Source: Edaphobacter sp.
Lineage (GTDB): Bacteria; Acidobacteriota; Terriglobia; Terriglobales; Acidobacteriaceae
Assembly (NCBI GenBank): GCA_035656355.1
Contig: DASRSR010000194.1
Coordinates: 2,691-66,690 of the forward strand
Length of the DNA: 64,000 nt
Direction of reading: 5' to 3'
In this document: piece after piece, positions 1 through 7,991 of the stretch
How positions within the stretch are numbered: the first letter of the stretch is position 1
Layout of the letters: each line of letters begins with the position of its first letter
Translations under genes and position numbers: made by a program
Notes under the pieces: model-generated
Seen by the model: the letters and a program-made list of their open reading frames with translations, nothing else
What the model was told of the DNA's origin: nothing
The model's database searches: none

Positions 1-479
1 CGGAAGCAGTAGAGAAAGACGGTGAGCGCGCCGATGTCCATGGCGTGGGTGCCCAGCCAGACGAGGTGGGAGTTGATGCGCATCAGCTCGTTGAATAGGA
101 CACGCAGCCATTGCGCCTTTTCGGGAATCTCCAGACCAATCAACTTTTCTACGGCGAGAGCGTAGGCCGTGTTGTTGGTCATCGGCGAAAGATAGTCGAT
201 GCGGTCGGTGAGAGGCACAACCTGCTGATAGAACTTGGCCTCGCAGGTCTTCTCGATTCCGGTGTGCAGATAGCCGATGTCGGGAGCGAGCGAGACAACG
301 GTTTCGCCATCAATCTCAATGACCAGCCGCAGAACGCCGTGCGTCGAAGGATGCTGCGGTCCCATGTTGAGAACCATGGTCTGGTCCTTTGGCGGGATCA
401 CATTCTGATGGCGTTCGGTATCGACGACAACGTCTTCAACACCAGGGTTCAACTGATCGGGAGCAGCAACGGGAGACAT
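1..479 (-). CDS. nuoD: NADH-quinone oxidoreductase subunit D (5' part; runs off window start)
   Basis: Hand translation from ATG at 479: MSPVAAPDQLN...TMVLNMGPQHPSTHGVLR (NuoD N-terminal motif). TAATG overlap with the nuoC stop. Confidence 0.95.
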   Translation of the reverse strand, partial: MSPVAAPDQLNPGVEDVVVDTERHQNVIPPKDQTMVLNMGPQHPSTHGVLRLVIEIDGETVVSLAPDIGYLHTGIEKTCEAKFYQQVVPLTDRIDYLSPMTNNTAYALAVEKLIGLEIPEKAQWLRVLFNELMRINSHLVWLGTHAMDIGALTVFLYCF

Positions 480-964
480 TAGCGGTAGCCCTCCACGGGG
501 TAGTCCTTGCGCAGTGGATGTCCCTGCCAGTCTTCGGGCATCATGATACGGCGCATGTTGGGGTGGCCGGTAAAGCGGACGCCGAAGAGATCGTAGACTT
601 CGCGCTCGTAGAAATTGGCGGAGGGCCAGATGCCAGTGACGCTGTTGACGACGGCATCGTCCTGATTGAGCCGCACGATGATCCGGACACGAGCCTTCAG
701 GGAGATGGACAGCATGTGATAGACGACCTGGAAGCGTGGCTCAGAGGGATACCAGTCCACGGCGGTGACATCTTCGAGGAAGGTGTAGCTGGCCTTTTTC
801 AGTGCTTCGCAGGCAGCGATGATGTTTTCGCGGGCGACGGTGATGGTGAGCTCGGAGTGCTCGAATCTGGCGTCGGTTGCAAGGGTGGAGAGCGCCTTGA
901 CCGCGGCGTTGTCCGGATGCGCTTCGAAGACGGCCTGGATGCCGGTCAGTTTGCTGGTATCCAT
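479..964 (-). CDS. nuoC: NADH-quinone oxidoreductase subunit C
   Basis: Motifs FLEDVTAVDW, WPSANFYEREVYDLFG, HPLRKDYP. Confidence 0.96.
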   Translation of the reverse strand: MDTSKLTGIQAVFEAHPDNAAVKALSTLATDARFEHSELTITVARENIIAACEALKKASYTFLEDVTAVDWYPSEPRFQVVYHMLSISLKARVRIIVRLNQDDAVVNSVTGIWPSANFYEREVYDLFGVRFTGHPNMRRIMMPEDWQGHPLRKDYPVEGYR

Positions 965-1372
965 TTAGAGGTCTCCCTTGTCGTGGGACCAGTCGAGGAT
1001 GCCCTTCTTCCAGACATAGAAGAGGCCGACGGCCACGAAGCCGAGATAGACCAGCATCTCGTAGAAGCCGAAGAGATGGGAACCGGTCAGCGCGGGCAGC
1101 TTGCGGAAGATGACTGCCCAGGGAAGCATGAAGACCACTTCGACATCGAAGAGGATGAAGAGCATGGCGACCATATAAAAGCGGACAGAGAAACGTCCGC
1201 GGGCGTCGCCGATGGGATCCATGCCGCACTCGTAGGCTCCGGCCTTAGTGCGGGAGTTTTTATGCTTGCCGAGGAAGTATGAGGCCCCAACCATGCCGCA
1301 GGCGAGCGCGAGGGCAAGCAGAATTTGGATTGCCAGGGGAAGATAATTCCATATGTATGGGTAACTTTGCAT
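965..1372 (-). CDS. nuoA: NADH-quinone oxidoreductase subunit A
   Basis: YECGMDP, FYMVAMLFILFDVEVVF, WKKGILDW; three TM helices. Start trimmed to the ATG of MQSYPY (inferred). Confidence 0.95.
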   Translation of the reverse strand: MQSYPYIWNYLPLAIQILLALALACGMVGASYFLGKHKNSRTKAGAYECGMDPIGDARGRFSVRFYMVAMLFILFDVEVVFMLPWAVIFRKLPALTGSHLFGFYEMLVYLGFVAVGLFYVWKKGILDWSHDKGDL

Positions 1373-1435
1373 GGCCATCTTCGACTCTAGAATTGCGACG
1401 GTCAAGTGTCAAGCAGTTGACGGTATTCGACCGCG

Positions 1436-2356
1436 CTAAAGCAAGGTTTTATAGGCATTAACGATACTTTCGCCATAGAGTGCTGCGATAAGCCCGGCAG
1501 CCGCAAGAAAGCTGCCGAAGGCGAGCTTTGAGGCAAGCCCGGCTTTGCTTCGCGCCAGTAGAACGGCGGCGTAGATGCTCGCGAAGAAAACGCCGAGGAA
1601 GAGAGCGAGAATCGCAGACCAGAATCCGAGGAAGCCGGCGATTAATGCCAGCAGCTTCACATCGCCCATCCCCATGCCTTCGTGGTGGCGCAGTTTTCGA
1701 TAAAGCCAGCGAACGAACAACAACAGAAGAACCACCGCGCAAACGGCAAGCAGCCAGTCGCCCAGGAGGCGCTCGGGGCCGGTGAGAAACACGTTTCCAT
1801 TTCCGCCCTTGCTGCCGACGCTGCTGAGCTGAATATGGTTATTGCCGAGGAGGACATCGTCCTCATTGGGGGCGAGAAAGATGGCCTGCAGGCAGGTAAG
1901 AAAGAACGAAATCGCAAGGCCAACGAGTGTGAAGGCGTCTGGCAACAGGTGCGTTTGCCAGTCCATGACTATCAGGCCAATCAGGAGAAAGCCAAAGATG
2001 GCGATTCCGACGTGGGCAATGACGTGCGATACCAGGTCGTGTGTATTTGGAGTGTAGATGAGGGTGTAGATCGCAGCGGCTTGTCCCATAAACCATAGCC
2101 CCAGGGCGATCTCGACGAGCGGATACTGCAGCGAGATGGTCTCGTGGCAACTGCGGCAGCGACCACGCAGCAAAAGCCAGCTCAACACAGGGATATTGTC
2201 GAACCAACGGATGCCGGATCCGCAACGCGGGCAGTATGACCTCGGATGAACGATGGACTGGTTTTGGGGCAGGCGGGCAATACAGACATTCAGAAAGCTG
2301 CCGAAGAGCAGACCAAGGACAAATCCAATGGTTTCGTACGCAACGAGTGGGGTCAC
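1436..2356 (-). CDS. pilD: Prepilin peptidase / N-methyltransferase (A24A)
   Basis: GSFLNVCIARLP, two CxxC pairs (CPRC, CRSC), catalytic D in IVMDW and GMGDVKL, LAFGSFL. Confidence 0.9.
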   Translation of the reverse strand: MTPLVAYETIGFVLGLLFGSFLNVCIARLPQNQSIVHPRSYCPRCGSGIRWFDNIPVLSWLLLRGRCRSCHETISLQYPLVEIALGLWFMGQAAAIYTLIYTPNTHDLVSHVIAHVGIAIFGFLLIGLIVMDWQTHLLPDAFTLVGLAISFFLTCLQAIFLAPNEDDVLLGNNHIQLSSVGSKGGNGNVFLTGPERLLGDWLLAVCAVVLLLLFVRWLYRKLRHHEGMGMGDVKLLALIAGFLGFWSAILALFLGVFFASIYAAVLLARSKAGLASKLAFGSFLAAAGLIAALYGESIVNAYKTLL

Positions 2357-2377
2357 ACCGAAAGTATACGGCTCGAG

Positions 2378-3838
2378 CTAAAAATCGATGTGCATCCGCA
2401 GTGCGGATACCAGTACGGGGCCACGGTCCTTGTTATAGCCGGGATGCGTGATGAACTGGGTATCGAGCGCATAGTAGAGGCCGCGCCATGTATGCAGGTT
2501 GTAATAGCCCTCAAGGATGTCCTCACGCGCGTAGTTCAGTCTCCCGTCGCCAAGCAGGAAGCCGAGGCCGCCGAGACGAAGATAGTTCTGGTGATCGCGC
2601 TTGATGGCATTGCTGACAAAGGCGAGACCGAATTTGTCGTTGGGGCGGGACCATTGTCTGCCGGAGTAGTCGCCGCCGAATTCAAAGGTCTGATCGACTT
2701 CGGTATAGGCAAAGGACTCATGCTGGCCTTCGTTCCAGCCAATGCGGGTGAAGAGGCGCAGATTTGATGTGACCTCCTGCTCTGCATTGAAGCCGAAGCC
2801 GTACTTTACAGCGCCGTACTTCTCGTGAAGCTTGATGTCGGGTGTCTTGTCCTGGCCGGAGAGGTAGGCGTTGACCGCATCGCGGTATCGACCCATGTGC
2901 GCGTGGTTGACAAAGCTGAGGACGCGGAACGTTCCTTTGCGGCCTGGCACCAGTGACCTGCGAAGTTCAACTTCCATGTTCTGGCTGCTCGCACGGCTGA
3001 GGTTCCAGTCGAGATCCGGGCCATTGGCGATCTTTGGCATCAACGCAAGGCCGTAGCGGGCAGACCAATTTTTATCGTCGTACTCCGCCGTGGCGGCATA
3101 CGTGTAGCCGCGTGTGTCGGCAGCGTAGTCCCAGGCGCCGTTGTTATCGACTGTCCAGTTGAGAAACTGAAGGTGACTGTCACTACCTATGCTGTTGATG
3201 TCGAAGAAGTCAGGCAGGCTCATCTTGCCGAGGCGAAACTCCAGCCTCTTTTCGGGAACCTTCGTTGCCAGGGAATATGGAGTCCGGTCGGCATCCACAA
3301 GCGTATGGCTGAGGCCGATGGTCTGATGCAATTGAACGCGGGCAATATAAGGTGCCGGCCCGAGACTGGGGTCGCGAACAACGTCCAGATTGGTGAAACC
3401 GGCAAGTCCGAGTGCCTCGCTGTCGCCACGCCCACCGGAAGATTCAACATCCAAAAGGACATCGGTATTGCTCTCGGGATTCGCTCGGAGCTGTGCGCCG
3501 AGGTAGAGGGTTCCGAGCAGAGAGGTTTTGTATTCTCCGTGGCCAAGAAAGCTGTTGGGACCTTCATAGGGCGAGTGGAAAGGGCCATGGCCCTGAAAGA
3601 TGATGTTTGCCTGGCCGGAGATCAGGTAGCGCGCGCTATCTGGGTGAGGGAAGAAGGTGGGCGCACTTTCAGGTGCGGGTGTGCCATCCCGCTGAGGAGC
3701 ACCACCGCCTGTAAATTGCTGGGCAGTAGCTGTTACAGCGAAGAGAAGCGACCCGGCCAGCAGAAATTTCGAGATAAAGTTCAGCGGCATCAAGACTATA
3801 TATTCTGGCTTGCCGATGAATGGAGTGCGAATCGTCAT
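2378..3838 (-). CDS. Outer-membrane porin, OprB carbohydrate-porin / MnoP-like
   Basis: Signal peptide; FHSPYEGPNSF, GLAGFTN, WDYAADTRGYT motifs; C-terminal HIDF. Start may be 3790. Confidence 0.8.
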   Translation of the reverse strand: MTIRTPFIGKPEYIVLMPLNFISKFLLAGSLLFAVTATAQQFTGGGAPQRDGTPAPESAPTFFPHPDSARYLISGQANIIFQGHGPFHSPYEGPNSFLGHGEYKTSLLGTLYLGAQLRANPESNTDVLLDVESSGGRGDSEALGLAGFTNLDVVRDPSLGPAPYIARVQLHQTIGLSHTLVDADRTPYSLATKVPEKRLEFRLGKMSLPDFFDINSIGSDSHLQFLNWTVDNNGAWDYAADTRGYTYAATAEYDDKNWSARYGLALMPKIANGPDLDWNLSRASSQNMEVELRRSLVPGRKGTFRVLSFVNHAHMGRYRDAVNAYLSGQDKTPDIKLHEKYGAVKYGFGFNAEQEVTSNLRLFTRIGWNEGQHESFAYTEVDQTFEFGGDYSGRQWSRPNDKFGLAFVSNAIKRDHQNYLRLGGLGFLLGDGRLNYAREDILEGYYNLHTWRGLYYALDTQFITHPGYNKDRGPVLVSALRMHIDF

Positions 3839-3857
3839 AGAGGTTATTGGTTAATAA

Positions 3858-3876
3858 TATACCCCCCTATGGTATA
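3858..3876. promoter_or_regulatory. RcnR/CsoR/FrmR-type operator
   Basis: TATACC-CCCCTAT-GGTATA: AT-rich inverted repeat (ATAC-N9-GTAT) around a C6 tract, in the 49-bp divergent gap. Confidence 0.8.
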
Positions 3877-3887
3877 AGAAGAATGAG

Positions 3888-4184
3888 ATGAAAGCGATAA
3901 ATAAAATTGAGATAAAAGAAATATCAAGAGAGCGTGCCAAGCTGCTGAATCGTGTGAAGCGCATCCGTGGACAGATGGATGCAGTGGAACGGACGTTGAA
4001 AGCAGAAGAGAGTTGCGCAGATGTACTGATGCTGCTGGCGGCCGCTCGCGGAGCGATTAATAGCCTGATGGCCGAGGTACTGGAGGACCATGTTCGTCTG
4101 CATCTGTTACAGGAGGGGCATGAACCGCTAAGCCCAGACCTGGGCGAAGAGCTAATCGATTTGGTCCGGGCTTATTTGAAGTAG
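3888..4184 (+). CDS. Metal-sensitive transcriptional repressor, RcnR/CsoR/FrmR family
   Basis: RVKRIRGQ, C-ADVLMLLAAARGAINSLM, EDH-VRLH, terminal YLK. Confidence 0.92.
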   Translation: MKAINKIEIKEISRERAKLLNRVKRIRGQMDAVERTLKAEESCADVLMLLAAARGAINSLMAEVLEDHVRLHLLQEGHEPLSPDLGEELIDLVRAYLK

Positions 4185-4245
4185 AGAGAGCAGAGAATAC
4201 ATCTGAAGTGGGAATAGCATCTAAAGTCGCTTTGTTAACAAGTTA

Positions 4246-4427
4246 TTTACGGCATGGCTGACGAAAGTGCTGAAAAGTCTGTTCGGACTGAGGAGCGTAC
4301 TTCAGGGGCTAAAGCCCCATTGCAAACAGTCACTTCGGCATCCTTCGACTTTGCTCAGGACAGGCTTTAAAGCCGTGCCCTTAACAAATCTAGATTTTTC
4401 CGCACTCTTGAAGCCATGCCCTTAACG
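4246..4427. repeat. Nested REP/MITE composite (family A palindrome split by a TIR-bounded unit that holds further REP units)
   Basis: Outer TTTACGGCATGGCTGA...AAGCCATGCCCTTAAC; imperfect TIRs at 4264-4280 and 4392-4408; inner CAGGGGCTAAAGCCCC and CCTTCGACTTTGCTCAGGACAGGCT. Confidence 0.8.
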
Positions 4428-4452
4428 AAAGTCGATTTAAAAGAAAAGTCCC

Positions 4453-4674
4453 TTAGCGGGATTTGGCGCCTACGACGACCAGGCCGACGCCTGCGACCAG
4501 AACGACTGTGCTGAGGATCGGCGAGATGGGGAGTGTCTTCTTCTCCTGATGGGAGACCTGAAGCGGGCCGAGATCAACATCTTTCTTCTCGTGGGTAAAG
4601 CTGACGCCGCCCATGGCGAAACCGATAATTCCAAGGATAATGAGCAGAAATCCAATGATGGTTGCAGGCTTCAT
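4453..4674 (-). CDS. Small two-TM membrane protein (DUF3185-like)
   Basis: 73 aa; two hydrophobic helices flanking VDLGPLQV. Confidence 0.75.
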   Translation of the reverse strand: MKPATIIGFLLIILGIIGFAMGGVSFTHEKKDVDLGPLQVSHQEKKTLPISPILSTVVLVAGVGLVVVGAKSR

Positions 4675-4855
4675 GCGTAACTACCTTTCATTGTAGAAAT
4701 TTGCGGAGCTTGTCCTACGATGCAGGAGTGCGGATGGCCGGATGTATGCGGTGGGCATTTGATTCCACTTTGATGGCGGAGTAGGGTTAAAAGGACACGG
4801 GAAAGGAGGATGATCCAGCCTATGAAAATTGACAGTAACAGTTGCATCAAAACAC

Positions 4856-4956
4856 GTGAGGTGACTGAGGCTTAGAGCGTCCGGCTCTAGTCCTGGCATT
4901 GCAAGTCATTCCGCCGAGGCCCAAGTCCGAGCAGGACGCCTCAAGTCAATCTCAAC
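4856..4956 (+). ncRNA. Candidate structured RNA (multi-stem), unassigned
   Basis: Hand pairing GACTGAGGC/GCCTCA-A-GTC, TAGAGC/GCTCTA, GTCCTG/CAGGAC; followed by a terminator; strand inferred from the terminator. Confidence 0.4.
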
Positions 4957-4967
4957 AGATCACCGCC

Positions 4968-5006
4968 AGACGGCCCGCAGCTTTGAAGCGCGGGCCGTCT
5001 GCTTTT
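4968..5006 (+). terminator. Intrinsic terminator-like hairpin upstream of thiG
   Basis: AGACGGCCCGC / GCGGGCCGTCT 11-bp stem, then GCTTTT. Confidence 0.65.
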
Positions 5007-5054
5007 GGAATGGCAATTTGCATTCGTTTTGCATTGCGGTTTTAGAATGGATGC

Positions 5055-5825
5055 ATGAATCCCCTCGTCATTGCTGGTAGAGCCTTTCAGTCGCGCCTTA
5101 TTGTTGGTACCGGAAAGTACAAGGATGGGCCTGAGACGCAGGCGGCTATCGAGGCTTCTGGTGCCGAGATGGTGACGGTGGCGGTTCGCCGCGTCAATCT
5201 TGACCGATCGAGCGAATCGCTACTGGACTTCATCGATCCTCAGCGCTACTTTCTGCTGCCTAATACGGCGGGATGCTATACCGCCGAAGAGGCGATTCGA
5301 GCAGCTCGACTGGGGCGCGAAGTTGGCCTGTCGGACTGGGTGAAGGTTGAGGTTATTGGCGATCAGCAGACTCTTTATCCCGATGTGCAGGCCACGTTGG
5401 AGGCGACGCGGGTGCTGGTGAAAGAGGGGTTTACGGTGCTGCCGTACACCTCTGACGACATCGTGTTTGCGCGGCGGCTGATCGATGCGGGAGCAGCAGC
5501 GGTGATGCCGTTGGGTGCTCCGATTGGCAGCGGACTGGGCTTGCAGAACACGGCGAATCTTCGCATTTTGCGCGAGCTGATTACGGAGGTTCCGCTGATT
5601 GTTGATGCAGGGGTGGGCACAGCTTCCGATGCAACTGTAGCGATGGAACTGGGCTTTGACGGTGTACTGATGAATACAGCTATCGCGCAAGCAAAAGACC
5701 CTCTGCTGATGGCTGAAGCTATGCAGCATGCAGTCCTAGCGGGGCGGCAGGCTTATCTTGCCGGTAGGATGGCACGCAAGCTGTATGCGACAGCAAGCTC
5801 GCCGCTTGAAGGAATATCGAAGTAG
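5055..5825 (+). CDS. thiG: Thiazole synthase
   Basis: [47 protein letters not shown]. Confidence 0.97.
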   Translation: MNPLVIAGRAFQSRLIVGTGKYKDGPETQAAIEASGAEMVTVAVRRVNLDRSSESLLDFIDPQRYFLLPNTAGCYTAEEAIRAARLGREVGLSDWVKVEVIGDQQTLYPDVQATLEATRVLVKEGFTVLPYTSDDIVFARRLIDAGAAAVMPLGAPIGSGLGLQNTANLRILRELITEVPLIVDAGVGTASDATVAMELGFDGVLMNTAIAQAKDPLLMAEAMQHAVLAGRQAYLAGRMARKLYATASSPLEGISK

Positions 5826-5995
5826 AAGAGCGCCATTATCTGTACGACTATACGGATCTGCCTAGAAAGAATTTGATTGTGCGGGCGAATCAGTGCTGTT
5901 CGTACCTGATTTTCTTCTGGTATGCTCATACCGTCTTCACCCTGATCCAGTTTCGTGCCCTATTTATATCTTTCGATTAACTGCGAGTGTGTTCA

Positions 5996-7690
5996 ATGGC
6001 TGCTAATTCGTCGAGTGCCGTCCGTTATGGCTGGTTTCTGCTTTTTATCGCCGGTCTCGGTGGCCTGCTTTATGGCGTAGACGTAGGCATTATCGCGGCA
6101 GCTTTGCTGTATCTGGGCAAAACGATTGAGCTGACGGTTGCGCAGACGTCGCTAATTGTCGCGGCGGTTCTGGGCGGAGGAATGATCTCGTCGCTGGTCG
6201 CTGGTTTGCTTGCAGACTGGTTTGGGCGCAAGAAGATGATGATTGTCAGCGGCCTGATGTTTGTCTCAAGTGTTGGCCTGATTGTCATCTCGCAAAGTTT
6301 TCTCTCACTGTTTCTTGGGCGCCTGCTGCAGGGAATGAGCGGCGGCGTGATTGCGGTGGTCGTTCCGCTGTATCTGGCTGAATGTCTGAGCGCGAAGATA
6401 CGGGGTAAGGGAACTGCGATCTTTCAGTTCATGCTTAATTTCGGCATCGTGATTGCGGCTGTGGCTGGCTTGTATTACACGCAGCAGGCGGAGACGGCGA
6501 TTGCTGCTGCGAATGGCAACATGGTGCTGATTAAGGCAGCGGAGAACCACGCATGGCGCAGCATGTTTCTTGCGGTGATCTATCCGGGGCTTATCTTCTT
6601 TCTGGGGTCATTTGCTCTGAGCGAGTCGCCGCGGTGGCTGTTCCGTCGAGGCAAGAAGGATGCTGCAATGGTTGCATTGCGCAGGGCCTCTTCAGAAGAA
6701 GAAGCGGCGACCGAGATGCACGAGATGGAGACGATTGCGGTAGAGAACGAGGAAAAGAAGGCGACTGCCACAGCCGGTTCCCTGTTTCAGAGAAAGTATG
6801 TGGTGCCGTTTATTCTGGCGTGCGTTATTCTCACGCTCAATCAGACGACCGGTATCAATTCGGTGCTGGGTTTCCTGGTCATCATTCTGAAGCACGCGGG
6901 TATGACGGCGCGTCATGCTACGCAGGGCGACGTTGTCGTGAAGGTGCTTAACTGCGTAATGACGCTGGTTGCGATTGCACTGGTAGACAAGAAGGGACGC
7001 AAGTTCCTGCTCAAGCTTGGTACTGGTGGTGTAGTGATTGCTCTGGTAGCCGGAGCGCTCCTGTTTGTTGGGGTGGAATCAAAGCACACCAATGTGCAGG
7101 AGAAGGTGCAGGCAGCGGTTGTTGGCAATTCGCTGATTCTGCCGGTCAATGAAGCTACGCTTGGGCCTTCCAGCACAGGGCGTCCCATGGAGTTGACTGT
7201 GATGTACAACTACGGCGCCGGCGATGAGATGACAGCGGTAGTGAGCAGCGACAAGGACCCGGTTCTCCGTATTACGCCCGACGCCAAGGTGGGGAGCAAG
7301 CCTCTGGTTATTAAGAAGGCGCTTTATGGCCCGGTGCCCCCGCAGAGTACAGGCTGGCTAATTACTTTATGTCTGGCGTTGTTTATTGCTTCATATTCCG
7401 TCGGGCCGGGAGTGGTGGTGTGGTTGGCACTTTCGGAGTTGATGCCAACGCGGATACGTTCGATGGGAATGGGGATCGCATTGCTGCTCAATCAGGGAGC
7501 TTCGACGCTGATTGCTGCTCTCTTCCTGCCAGTGGTGGGGAACTACGGCTATTACGCGATGTTCTTCTTCTGGGCGGGATGCACGGTGCTGTATTTCATT
7601 ACTGCAGCGGTCTTTTTGCCGGAGACTAAGGGCAAGACGCTGGAGGAGATCGAGAGATACTTCGACTCTCCTAAGAAGCTGGCGGTATAG
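5996..7690 (+). CDS. MFS sugar porter with a large extracytoplasmic loop
   Basis: GLLYGVDVG, DWFGRKK, PLYLAE, ESPRWL, LPETKGKTLEEI. Confidence 0.92.
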   Translation: MAANSSSAVRYGWFLLFIAGLGGLLYGVDVGIIAAALLYLGKTIELTVAQTSLIVAAVLGGGMISSLVAGLLADWFGRKKMMIVSGLMFVSSVGLIVISQSFLSLFLGRLLQGMSGGVIAVVVPLYLAECLSAKIRGKGTAIFQFMLNFGIVIAAVAGLYYTQQAETAIAAANGNMVLIKAAENHAWRSMFLAVIYPGLIFFLGSFALSESPRWLFRRGKKDAAMVALRRASSEEEAATEMHEMETIAVENEEKKATATAGSLFQRKYVVPFILACVILTLNQTTGINSVLGFLVIILKHAGMTARHATQGDVVVKVLNCVMTLVAIALVDKKGRKFLLKLGTGGVVIALVAGALLFVGVESKHTNVQEKVQAAVVGNSLILPVNEATLGPSSTGRPMELTVMYNYGAGDEMTAVVSSDKDPVLRITPDAKVGSKPLVIKKALYGPVPPQSTGWLITLCLALFIASYSVGPGVVVWLALSELMPTRIRSMGMGIALLLNQGASTLIAALFLPVVGNYGYYAMFFFWAGCTVLYFITAAVFLPETKGKTLEEIERYFDSPKKLAV

Positions 7691-7943
7691 CAGATCGGAT
7701 TGCCTGAGCAGGAGGGGGAAGTTCCGCTAATTGAGTTATGGCGGAACTTACTGCAGCTATCTTCTATTTATATAGAAGTAGTGTCGTAGCTATGAATTAA
7801 CTCAACTTAAAAATAGTTGTTGACAATAGCAGTGCCGAGGAAGGAAGATTGCAGTCCGTAAGATCCTTGTCATCGCGGTTCGAAATCATGCCATAAGTGA
7901 AATGTGAGTGCTCCAGCCAGAGAAGTGGATAGATGCAGCGCCA

Positions 7944-7963
7944 TAATGACAACGATGTCATTA
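7944..7963. promoter_or_regulatory. LacI-family operator candidate
   Basis: TAATGACA-ACGA-TGTCATTA palindrome with central CG, 28 bp before the TBDR start. Confidence 0.7.
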
Positions 7964-7991
7964 CGATCAAAAGATCGATTGAGGGAGAGGA

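Noticed and set aside
4681-4899. 72-aa minus-strand ORF, and 7797-8195 minus-strand ORF
   Set aside because: No RBS or protein-like composition; they overlap regulatory DNA or the TBDR start
4802-4960. tmRNA, SRP RNA or 6S RNA
   Set aside because: No tRNA-like ends or ...AA tag, no SRP CAGG..GGAAGCAG motif, and no symmetric 6S central bubble by hand folding
4700-5054. TPP riboswitch upstream of thiG
   Set aside because: The conserved TPP aptamer motifs (CTGAGA; CCTGA..GG.TAAT.CC.GCG.AGGGA) were not found on either strand
7719-7749. Terminator after the first MFS gene
   Set aside because: A 9-bp stem (AAGTTCCGC/GCGGAACTT) is present but no U-tract follows on either strand, so it was not called
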